The notes below the pieces were generated by a model that saw nothing but the letters and a program-made list of their open reading frames with translations, ran no database searches and was not told where the DNA came from. The position numbers and the translations under genes are program-made. From Faecalibaculum rodentium (GTDB lineage: Bacteria > Bacillota_I > Bacilli_A > Erysipelotrichales > Erysipelotrichaceae), in NCBI RefSeq assembly GCF_001564455.1, contig NZ_CP011391.1:120001-152000 (forward strand): a DNA stretch of 32,000 bases, given 5' to 3'. Positions 17,126 through 25,204 of the stretch are shown in pieces (the first letter of the stretch is position 1; each line of letters opens with the position of its first letter).

Positions 17126-19197
17126 GGTAAATATTGTTCTTATTAAGGATTAACGCTTGATGACGTCGTCCAAGTCCGTATCAGGATCCGCATTTTGGTA
17201 AATATTGTTCTTATTAAGGATTAACGCAAGTTTAGATTTCTTAAACATTTTTTTATTTCCTTTCCTGGTAAATATTGTTCTTATTAAGGATTAACGCAAT
17301 ATAATTCTTGGTTTGTAAGCTCATAAACAGGCATATGGTAAATATTGTTCTTATTAAGGATTAACGCTCCACGTGTTGCACCAGTAAGAACCAGAATCGT
17401 TTCGGTAAATATTGTTCTTATTAAGGATTAACGCGTTTTCGATTTTCAGGCTGTCCCGCTCCTGCTGCTCGGTAAATATTGTTCTTATTAAGGATTAACG
17501 CCTGCCATTTCTTTGATGATTCCCTGCGTCATTGCTTCAGGTAAATATTGTTCTTATTAAGGATTAACGCAAGTGTTTCTGAAGTTTAGATTCATTAAAC
17601 ATTGTTTTAGGTAAATATTGTTCTTATTAAGGATTAACGCAATCTGCTTCACGGACAGCTTTCTTCAGATTACGGGTAAATATTGTTCTTATTAAGGATT
17701 AACGCCTGGAGCTCTGCTAGCACGTCATCAAACTCCGGATCGGTAAATATTGTTCTTATTAAGGATTAACGCCTGAAGTTTTTGGTATCGTGCCTCGTTC
17801 AGGAAGTTGGGTAAATATTGTTCTTATTAAGGATTAACGCTGGTTGTATCCTCCTTACATCCATTTCCAGTTACGGGTAAATATTGTTCTTATTAAGGAT
17901 TAACGCTTTGTCGCTTCAATGATGTTCATGTGTGTGTCTCCTTGGTAAATATTGTTCTTATTAAGGATTAACGCTAGAATTCGTCCAGGTCTTCTTTGCT
18001 GGGAAATACCGGTAAATATTGTTCTTATTAAGGATTAACGCCGATGCCAGAGTCGTCAAAAAGATCATGGGCCATAAGGGTAAATATTGTTCTTATTAAG
18101 GATTAACGCCAGTCCCAGCCCTCAGTCAGAAGCATGCTGTTGAGGTAAATATTGTTCTTATTAAGGATTAACGCTCTAATTTGTCGTAATCTGCTGTCTG
18201 CATTTCGTCTTGGTAAATATTGTTCTTATTAAGGATTAACGCTGTTTCACGGATATAACATTTTACATCTGCGTTTGTGGTAAATATTGTTCTTATTAAG
18301 GATTAACGCGCAGCGCTGTCACCATCAATCTTCCCCGGGCATCGTGGTAAATATTGTTCTTATTAAGGATTAACGCTTTCCCTGGATGATTCGTTCATCC
18401 AGTTTTTTCTGGGTAAATATTGTTCTTATTAAGGATAAACGCTGTAAATATCGTTAAATCCTTCCCACTCTGCCACCTCTTCTAGGTAAATATTGTTCTT
18501 ATTAAGGATTAACGCTCAATAGCCGTTGTCCTGCCTTTCGTGGTTGACCCGGGGTAAATATTGTTCTTATTAAGGATTAACGCAAGCAATTTTCCGTGTG
18601 GCACTGAGAAGATACAAATTTGGGTAAATATTGTTCTTATTAAGGATTAACGCGTGATGAGCTGGAAACAATTATTGATGGCGGTTGAAACAGGTAAATA
18701 TTGTTCTTATTAAGGATTAACGCTTTGTAGTTTTCCATGTGTTTACCTCCTAGGCTATTCCAGCCAGGTAAATATTGTTCTTATTAAGGATTAACGCTTT
18801 AACCAACTCCGATAACGTCTGACTTGCTTTTGGTAAATATTGTTCTTATTAAGGATTAACGCTCTGCTGCCTGATAATTTTTTGTCAGCAGGTATTTCGG
18901 TAAATATTGTTCTTATTAAGGATTAACGCGACAATCTTCATCCATTTACCTGTCAGAACGCCTTCATGGTAAATATTGTTCTTATTAAGGATTAACGCGT
19001 AATCTCTGCGCTGACCATGTGGCTCTGCGCTGTGGTAAATATTGTTCTTATTAAGGATTAACGCTAAAACTTTGGCGGTAAACACTGTGGCCGCTCACAA
19101 TGGTAAATATTGTTCTTATTAAGGATTAACACCGCTCCAGTCACCTGCAGCTCTGACCCCATCCAGGGTAAATATTGTTCCTGTTCAGGGTTAACGA
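17126..19197 (+). CRISPR. CRISPR array 1: 31 repeats, 30 spacers
   Basis: 31-nt repeat GGTAAATATTGTTCTTATTAAGGATTAACGC (9/31 G+C). Spacers 34-43 nt, all different. Variants: T>A at 18437, G>A at 19131; last repeat 19167-19197 (ggtaaatattgttcctgttcagggttaacga) has 5 mismatches. Orientation from terminal decay, the leader and spacer polarity. Confidence 0.97.
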
Positions 19198-19237
19198 AGG
19201 AATGGTTCTGTCGGTACCAGTCTTCCGACAGCCATCA

Positions 19238-19278
19238 GAAAAAGACCACTCCGCAAGTTTCGGGTGGTCTCTCTTTCT
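19238..19278. terminator. Bidirectional terminator shared by array 1 (plus) and cas2 (minus)
   Basis: aaaaa-agaccac (19243-19249) ... gtggtct (19264-19270)-ctctttct. A run on one side and T-rich run on the other. Sits between the convergent units. Confidence 0.7.
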
Positions 19279-19290
19279 GATATGGAATTT

Positions 19291-19551
19291 TCACATGATA
19301 ATGGTCCGGTCCTCCGGTGCCCGTCCATAGGAGGTGGTGTTGAGGTCCTTGTCATTATACGTAAAGTAGAAAATCACCGAGTCCTTTTCCGAGGTCAGCT
19401 CCTTCAGCTCATTCTGGAGTACCCGGAACTGTTTCGGGGTCAGCACTCCCTGAAATACCGAATCCTGTACGTGGAACAGATAGCGTCGGAGCACTTTCAT
19501 CAGCTTGACGCACTTTGCTGAATCCACATCATAGACACAGATAACGTTCAT
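19291..19551 (-). CDS. cas2: CRISPR-associated endoribonuclease Cas2
   Basis: MNVICVYDVDSAKCVKLMKVLRRYLFHVQDSVFQGVL...: ferredoxin-like Cas2 pattern, 86 aa from ATG 19551. The track start 19560 is a GTG overlapping the cas1 stop. Confidence 0.9.
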   Translation of the reverse strand: MNVICVYDVDSAKCVKLMKVLRRYLFHVQDSVFQGVLTPKQFRVLQNELKELTSEKDSVIFYFTYNDKDLNTTSYGRAPEDRTIIM

Positions 19552-19553
19552 GC

Positions 19554-20543
19554 TTACCACCCGACTTCAAAGAAGCGCAGATCTGCCGAGTCTGGGTCCT
19601 GGATGAATCTGACCAGACGGTTGATGTCCCGCATCATGATGGATTTATAGGACAATGAGCGGCCGTCGATATTCACAGTTGTTTTGAGGAGCTGCTGGAA
19701 AGCTGCCACAAATATCCTGCTTCCATCTTTGTTCATGTAGCAGGAGTTTTCCTGCTGGTCAAAATGCTGACGCTTGATTTCCTTTTTACGGACCAGGCGC
19801 ATCAGAAGCCGGTCAACAAGAAAAGGCTTGTAGATATCCGCCAGGTCATACTGGAGCGAAGCTCCTTTCTTGACCACGCTGTGAATGAACGAGATTTCCG
19901 GGACCAGGCGGCTTTGGTGAAGCATAGCCAGCAGCTGTCCGTACAGAAGGGTGTTACCATAGCTGATCATGGAGTTCACGGGGGTTGCAGGCGGCCGTTT
20001 TGACCTGTGGCCGAACCTGAATCCGCTTCCTGCAAGGATTATGTCGAATATCTGGTAATATTCAGACTTTGACTTTGCCTCCAGCAGCAGGATTTCCTCC
20101 ACAGAGTCTGCTTCAGTCAGTTCGCCTTTCAGTCGCATCAGGCTGCTTATGACAGTATTCAAATCTTTGTCCTTTTTCTGATAGTACTTGCAGATATTGA
20201 TCATATTCTGGAAGGCGGCTGACTGGATGCTTTTGGCAATCATCAGTCGGACAGATTCATTCTGAAAGGCATTGGCCTGGGCAATCAGGCAGGTCCCGGT
20301 CCTGGTCGTCACCGGAAGAAAACTTCCAATGCAGTCTCCGTAATAATTGAAGAAGAGCAGTGGAATCGAATGCCTGTTCAGCAGACCCAGCAGCCGTTTG
20401 TTGAATGTGATTTCTCCGAAACAGAAGATGGATTCTGTCTGCTCTATGGGAATCAGAATTTCTTCTCCGTCGGCGCTTTCCAGGGCGAGGGAACTGTCTT
20501 TACGTTTCAGCTCTCCGCTTTTGTACAGATAGACCGGGTTCAT
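19554..20543 (-). CDS. cas1: CRISPR-associated integrase Cas1
   Basis: 329 aa. Cas1 signatures LLEAKSKSEYY, PVNSMISYGNTLLYGQLLAMLHQSRLVPEISFIHS, DLADIYKPFLVDRLLMRLV. ATGA overlap with the cas6 stop. Confidence 0.95.
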   Translation of the reverse strand: MNPVYLYKSGELKRKDSSLALESADGEEILIPIEQTESIFCFGEITFNKRLLGLLNRHSIPLLFFNYYGDCIGSFLPVTTRTGTCLIAQANAFQNESVRLMIAKSIQSAAFQNMINICKYYQKKDKDLNTVISSLMRLKGELTEADSVEEILLLEAKSKSEYYQIFDIILAGSGFRFGHRSKRPPATPVNSMISYGNTLLYGQLLAMLHQSRLVPEISFIHSVVKKGASLQYDLADIYKPFLVDRLLMRLVRKKEIKRQHFDQQENSCYMNKDGSRIFVAAFQQLLKTTVNIDGRSLSYKSIMMRDINRLVRFIQDPDSADLRFFEVGW

Positions 20544-21256
20544 GAAAGAACCTGAATCATGCCGAATCCAGCAGGATTCTTGGCAGACAGACCTGCGCTC
20601 CAGATCAGCTGCAGCGTTTCGAAATTGGTCAGAACCTTCAGCTCGGCGGCGTAGGCGATATAGAACGTATTCTTAAAATGAACGATCCGCTTTCTGGCCT
20701 GCTTCACATCAGTGATGGAAAAAACAGGCACCTGACAGTAATTGAAGTAAGCCTGGCTTTTTTCCTGGATGTTCTGCAGACACAGTGTCTGGAATTCAGA
20801 TTCTTCCGGAGAATAATACTGAAATTTGCCGTTTTCCGAGCGGTAGGCTGTGACAGGCGAAAGGGTCCTGATCGTGACTTCTTTTGTATCGGGAAACCAG
20901 GGCAGGTCTTCAATGGCCATGGCAGAAATTTCCAGTCTGTTTGTGCCAAGGCGCAGGGATCCGGCAGAAAGCCAGCGCTGATAAAGAGTCTCCAGAAAAC
21001 CATTGGACAGGGAGCCGATATAAAACTCCAGCTTGCCGGAGTAGGTAATCTGCCGTTCATGGATATGGAAAGTCCCCAGCAAGTCGGAAAGGACAAACAG
21101 CTTGAAAGGCTTCGGCCCACTCTGATAACCGGTATTATGCAGGAAGGACCCGTACTCTTCGTTTTTGAATGAAGAATAGATGACACCCTGCAGCAAATTC
21201 TTGTAGTTCAAAGGCAGGGTGATCTGGTCTGAGTCAAGAATCACTTTCAGTCTCAA
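20540..21256 (-). CDS. cas6: CRISPR pre-crRNA endoribonuclease Cas6
   Basis: Starts (L)RLKVILDSDQITLPLNYKNLLQGVIYS and ends with the glycine-rich loop GLSAKNPAGFGMIQVLS. Preferred start is TTG 21256, preceded by GGGAGGTG at 8 nt. The track start 21307 is also a TTG and less well supported. Confidence 0.85.
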   Translation of the reverse strand: MRLKVILDSDQITLPLNYKNLLQGVIYSSFKNEEYGSFLHNTGYQSGPKPFKLFVLSDLLGTFHIHERQITYSGKLEFYIGSLSNGFLETLYQRWLSAGSLRLGTNRLEISAMAIEDLPWFPDTKEVTIRTLSPVTAYRSENGKFQYYSPEESEFQTLCLQNIQEKSQAYFNYCQVPVFSITDVKQARKRIVHFKNTFYIAYAAELKVLTNFETLQLIWSAGLSAKNPAGFGMIQVLS

Positions 21257-21950
21257 GCCGGCCACCTCCCATGAAATTCCATTTGCCGATTCCCGTCTCC
21301 AGCGCAAAAGCCGGAAGTTCCAGCTCCTTCACCTGACCGGCATAGCCCTTTGGACGTATTTCCCTTCCGCCGGTGCGGAAGCCTGGCATAGAAACCCGAA
21401 CCGGGTTTTCCAGTCTGTTCCTTGCTGTCAGCGACAGGCCGATATCCGCCTGATACTTATCATTCCAGCAGGTAACCATTTCCTGCAGAACGGAAGAGAT
21501 ATCCGCAGATTCAACCGGTGTCAGAATACGGATGCCCTTTGCGGACAGGGGCGTTTCATCCATACTGGTTCTTTCAAACCCCTTAAGGATCATGGGGATG
21601 CCATGAAGATGAGAATGGCTTTGAAAGAAAAGCTCAATGAAGGGAAGAAAGCTGATCCCCGACCCGATGAAGAAAAAATTAAAATCCATCACTTCCCCGG
21701 GACCGGCTACCTGGTGATAAAACACAGAAGACCGGATCAACAGAGAGGGCGACCAGTCAAAGTTTCCGCCGCTGACCTGATGGTACTTGCAGAAACCCGA
21801 TTCCGGACAATCGCGGCACTTCTTGTCTGCATTGAAGCAGGACAGCTTGCGGATATAGTTCATGATATCCCGGTACAGCATGAGCGATGGATTTTCGTGA
21901 AAGACAGCGCCTGCCGGAAAGCAGACACGGTAAGTTCCTTTGGTGATCAT
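21234..21950 (-). CDS. Second Cas6-like RAMP protein with a four-cysteine motif
   Basis: 238 aa. N-terminal YRVCFPAGAVF...LYRDIMNYIRKLSCFNADKKCRDCPESGFCKY (C-x7-C-x2-C-x5-C-x-Y) and C-terminal G-rich loop GIGKWNFMGGGRL (GxGxxxxxGxG). ATGA overlap with the csm5 stop. Confidence 0.6.
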   Translation of the reverse strand: MITKGTYRVCFPAGAVFHENPSLMLYRDIMNYIRKLSCFNADKKCRDCPESGFCKYHQVSGGNFDWSPSLLIRSSVFYHQVAGPGEVMDFNFFFIGSGISFLPFIELFFQSHSHLHGIPMILKGFERTSMDETPLSAKGIRILTPVESADISSVLQEMVTCWNDKYQADIGLSLTARNRLENPVRVSMPGFRTGGREIRPKGYAGQVKELELPAFALETGIGKWNFMGGGRLETESDS

Positions 21951-23104
21951 GGCCGGATTTCCAGAAATCCCAGCAGCCAGGCATTATCATAGTTCCAGAG
22001 AACAGTTCTGGTGGAGGGCATTTTCCGGGGATCCAGGCTGGCACCTTTTTTCGACCGGCCAAGGGGTGAAAAAGCCTGCTGAAAGTATTCGCTGTACAGG
22101 CGGAAAGATCGGGTCTTGACCAGCCAGCTGACGGTCTTGTAGAAATAATTGGTATATTTTCCCACCCGCAGGTAAACCGTATCCTCTGGGCTGGTTTCAA
22201 TTTTGCGCTTCAAATCCTGGCAGAACGCATACAGATACTCAAACCCCTGGTCTTCGAAATACCTTTTCATGTCAGGGGTCAGGTCGCTTTGCAGCATATC
22301 CAGCGTATAGGATGTGCACGCCTTTTTAAGGTAGGAGTCATTGAAGGAATCCAGAACGAGGCTCTGAGCAGCGGTGGCATTTTCTCTCATGCGTTCCAGC
22401 TTTTTTTCGTCAAGTACGAACAGGGCTGGTCCCTGCGTTTCCTGGGCCGGAGAAATCACCTCTGTATAGGGAATCGGTATGTCATTCCGCTCGGTTTTGC
22501 CCAGACGGCATCCTTGCAGAACTTCCATGTTCCGGAAAGGAACGTCTTGGCAGATCAGGCAGCCAAACAGGTTCCGGAAAAACTCGTCCGACCCTTTCCG
22601 TTCCCCCAGCAAAGTGAGGATGAAGCCTTCTTTTACGGAACGGTTGCCCAGTTCCTGCAGAAACTGCGGCAGTTCGGGCTCGATCCGGTCGTAATGATCT
22701 TTCAGCAACTGGTACCGGAAGGCATTCTCAACGGCTCCTTTCAGCGTGGATCCCGGAATATAGGCTGTATCCAGCGTTTTGATCTGCTCACTGACGTTTT
22801 TATAAATGATTTCATCCGGGTACTCCACATTCAAAGCGCAGGTATAGATGGGATGAAGCTTGCCGAAATCCGTGAAAGACTGCAGCTGCCGGTAAACGGC
22901 TTCTTTCTTCTCCGGAGTCTTTCCCGCGTACCTGGCAAGATCCTCCAGCATCCGGGTGTTCAGCAGCTGCCTGGGCGGGATAGATTTCAGGATATTATCC
23001 GCCAGATAGCGGGAAATCCTGTTCCCGGACCAGTGATACTCGAACCCGGGAATTTCGTTGCCTGTGCCAATGTGGACAGGCGTAATCGTTTTGTAGATAG
23101 CCAT
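21947..23104 (-). CDS. csm5: Type III-A RAMP protein Csm5
   Basis: 385 aa. MAIYKTITPVHIGTGNEI..., YIPGSTLKGAVENAF. Position after csm4; ATGA overlap. Confidence 0.8.
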   Translation of the reverse strand: MAIYKTITPVHIGTGNEIPGFEYHWSGNRISRYLADNILKSIPPRQLLNTRMLEDLARYAGKTPEKKEAVYRQLQSFTDFGKLHPIYTCALNVEYPDEIIYKNVSEQIKTLDTAYIPGSTLKGAVENAFRYQLLKDHYDRIEPELPQFLQELGNRSVKEGFILTLLGERKGSDEFFRNLFGCLICQDVPFRNMEVLQGCRLGKTERNDIPIPYTEVISPAQETQGPALFVLDEKKLERMRENATAAQSLVLDSFNDSYLKKACTSYTLDMLQSDLTPDMKRYFEDQGFEYLYAFCQDLKRKIETSPEDTVYLRVGKYTNYFYKTVSWLVKTRSFRLYSEYFQQAFSPLGRSKKGASLDPRKMPSTRTVLWNYDNAWLLGFLEIRP

Positions 23105-24066
23105 CAGAATACAAACCCCATTCCATAGTGCCAGACGGTTTTTCCCTGCGACTCGTCCCTGACCAGCATCCCCGTCCAGCCTTTCCTGTTCACCGAGTTG
23201 ATCAGGCTGCCGGGTGTCAGATACGTGTAACGACCGGTGAAATACCCGCCATTATAGGATTTTGACCCGCGGAAAACGGCCGACTGCAGCCCATAGCAGG
23301 ACCGGTCCAGGTCTACCGCTTCATCAGGAACACAGTCGGACAGAAGATATTGTAGTTCGCCCGTGGTCTGCAGCCGGATTTCCTTCAAACCCAGCAGGGT
23401 GAACACATTCATCCCGACCGTACGTCGACTGCCCAGACCGAAGATTTCCAGTTTCATCAGCAAATCCTCGATTCTTTCTCGAGGCCAGTCGGACTTGATG
23501 TACAGGGAGAACTTCTGGGCGGGATCCGGATAGATGGTCTTTGTGTAAAACAGATCCTTTTCGGTCGTGGTGCCCCGGCTGCCGTTACGAGTCTGAAGAA
23601 CAGTCTTCTGCCGGTAGTCTGATGTTTCCGAGCTCAGGCGCAGAATGCCCGATTCGAGAAGAGTGAAGCGCTCCGGGTTTGCAAGGAGGTCTTTCTGCAG
23701 CTGTTCAAACCTGTTGGGCAGGATATAATTCTCCAGGATTTTCCGGCTGACATAGCGGATTTTTTTATACTTCTTGTAACCGGCCATCGCCTGCAGTTTG
23801 TTTCGCGGATTGGAAGAGTGGACCGATTCATTGACAAAAGCCAGAGAGAAGATACTGCGCTTTGGCATGGGGAAAAGGTCTTCGGGAAACAGGGAGGAAT
23901 GAACCATCAGCGGCTGGTCCTGAAAGGAATCCAGATATTCAGCCAGGGGCGCCTCTCCTTCCGTATCTGTCAGGATCTGGCAGATGGCTCCGAAAATCGT
24001 CTGAGCAGAGGGCAAATCTGTCAGGGCCGATCCCGCGCAGAAAGTGGCCTGATAGGTTTTCATCAT
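23104..24066 (-). CDS. csm4: Type III-A RAMP protein Csm4 (Cas5 family)
   Basis: 320 aa. N-terminal LPSAQTIFGAICQIL, internal G-rich loop IFGLGSRRTVGMNVF, C-terminal HYGMGFVF. Between csm3 and csm5. Confidence 0.75.
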   Translation of the reverse strand: MMKTYQATFCAGSALTDLPSAQTIFGAICQILTDTEGEAPLAEYLDSFQDQPLMVHSSLFPEDLFPMPKRSIFSLAFVNESVHSSNPRNKLQAMAGYKKYKKIRYVSRKILENYILPNRFEQLQKDLLANPERFTLLESGILRLSSETSDYRQKTVLQTRNGSRGTTTEKDLFYTKTIYPDPAQKFSLYIKSDWPRERIEDLLMKLEIFGLGSRRTVGMNVFTLLGLKEIRLQTTGELQYLLSDCVPDEAVDLDRSCYGLQSAVFRGSKSYNGGYFTGRYTYLTPGSLINSVNRKGWTGMLVRDESQGKTVWHYGMGFVF

Positions 24067-24695
24067 GACACCTCTTCAAAGTCAGTGTCGTTAATGGCAA
24101 TCTTTCCATAGCCTCTTGTTCCGCTTCCGCCCAGATAGCTGAGTTCCAGAAGACGGATTCCTTCTTCCAGGCCCCGGCGGAGCTCTTCTTCGTTGTCGCC
24201 GTCAAAAATCTGCAGGATGATCTCCCCCTCAAAAACGGCTGAGGCTGGAACCCGTTCAATGAAGCGCGGGTTTTCCGCTTTGCCCTTCAGTGGGTTGATT
24301 TTGTTTTCCGCCTTGATTTCCGTAAAATTGCCGGCTCCCAGATGCTGCTGCAGCCTGTCCCTGGACTCTGGGGTAAGAACCGCGTCCCGGAAAATGGCGC
24401 GGCTGACCTGAATGGGGTTCAAATCTTCCACCGGCTGAAAAAGACTCAGGAATACCTTGTTATCTTCAAGGGTATAGTCCTGTTCCTTTTCATCGATCTG
24501 ACCGTATTTCATGGTGAGAACAGACCGGATCTTGCCTTTGATGCTGGAACCGGGGATATAGGGCTCACCCGTCATGGGGTTCTTGATGATTGTGGAATCC
24601 GCGCCGCCAATGTCGAATACATCGGTAGAACCGCCGATATGCAAACCGCTCAGCAGTTCCAGTTCATAGTTCATTCGCAGTATTTTCTTAAGCAT
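24063..24695 (-). CDS. csm3: Type III-A backbone RAMP Csm3 (Cas7 family)
   Basis: 210 aa. LELLSGLHIGGSTDVFDIGGADSTIIKNPMTGEPYIPGSSIKGKIRS and C-terminal YLGGSGTRGYGKI. Confidence 0.9.
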   Translation of the reverse strand: MLKKILRMNYELELLSGLHIGGSTDVFDIGGADSTIIKNPMTGEPYIPGSSIKGKIRSVLTMKYGQIDEKEQDYTLEDNKVFLSLFQPVEDLNPIQVSRAIFRDAVLTPESRDRLQQHLGAGNFTEIKAENKINPLKGKAENPRFIERVPASAVFEGEIILQIFDGDNEEELRRGLEEGIRLLELSYLGGSGTRGYGKIAINDTDFEEVS

Positions 24696-25201
24696 TATGA
24701 TCTCCTCCCGGACTTGTTTTTGTTCTGTTCCTCTTCATATTTGTGATAGGCGACGATGCTTGTCATCAGGCTGTCGAAGACTGAAATGTCTTCCGGACCC
24801 TTCAGCGTTTCTTCGGAAATGTTTGCCTTCAGAAAGAGGTACAAGGGCTTCACTGCCGGAAGACGGCCGGCGTTGTAGGCGGACATGGGCAGCAGCATGA
24901 AAAGTACATTTCTGGCTTCGTTGAACCTGGAACCGCCACTTTCCATGATTGTCACAGCCTGCTTGGCCTGAGAGAGCACTTTTCTCAGCTGGTGCGTGGT
25001 GATTTTGGCTCCCACAAACTGCCTGGCTGTTTTCTGGGCGACCCCGTCTGTGAGGTACAGCTTCGCTTTGTCTTTGTACTGAACGGAAAGAGGGACCGTG
25101 ACCGTTTCGAATGAAACAGCATTGTTCCTCTGGTTGTTGTAATTTCCCGGATTCCGGTTGTAGCCGTGATCGTTTCTGTATTTGTTATCCTGGTAAGCCA
25201 T
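24695..25201 (-). CDS. csm2: Type III-A small subunit Csm2 (Cas11)
   Basis: 168 aa, N/Y-rich N-terminus then a helical region with KITTHQLRKVLSQ, typical of Csm2. Lies directly after cas10; TAATG junction with csm3. Confidence 0.75.
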   Translation of the reverse strand: MAYQDNKYRNDHGYNRNPGNYNNQRNNAVSFETVTVPLSVQYKDKAKLYLTDGVAQKTARQFVGAKITTHQLRKVLSQAKQAVTIMESGGSRFNEARNVLFMLLPMSAYNAGRLPAVKPLYLFLKANISEETLKGPEDISVFDSLMTSIVAYHKYEEEQNKNKSGRRS

Positions 25202-25204
25202 ATT

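Noticed and set aside
18885-19085. ORFs through the arrays (18885-19085 and 28988-29272) with reiterated LILNKNNIY
   Set aside because: The periodic peptide is just the translated CRISPR repeat, not a gene.
17126-19197. Minus-strand orientation of the arrays (same strand as the cas genes)
   Set aside because: Degenerate repeats are at the high-coordinate ends. Homologous leaders with TATAAT are at the low-coordinate ends. Spacers are antisense to SD-ATG junctions only if transcribed from the plus strand.
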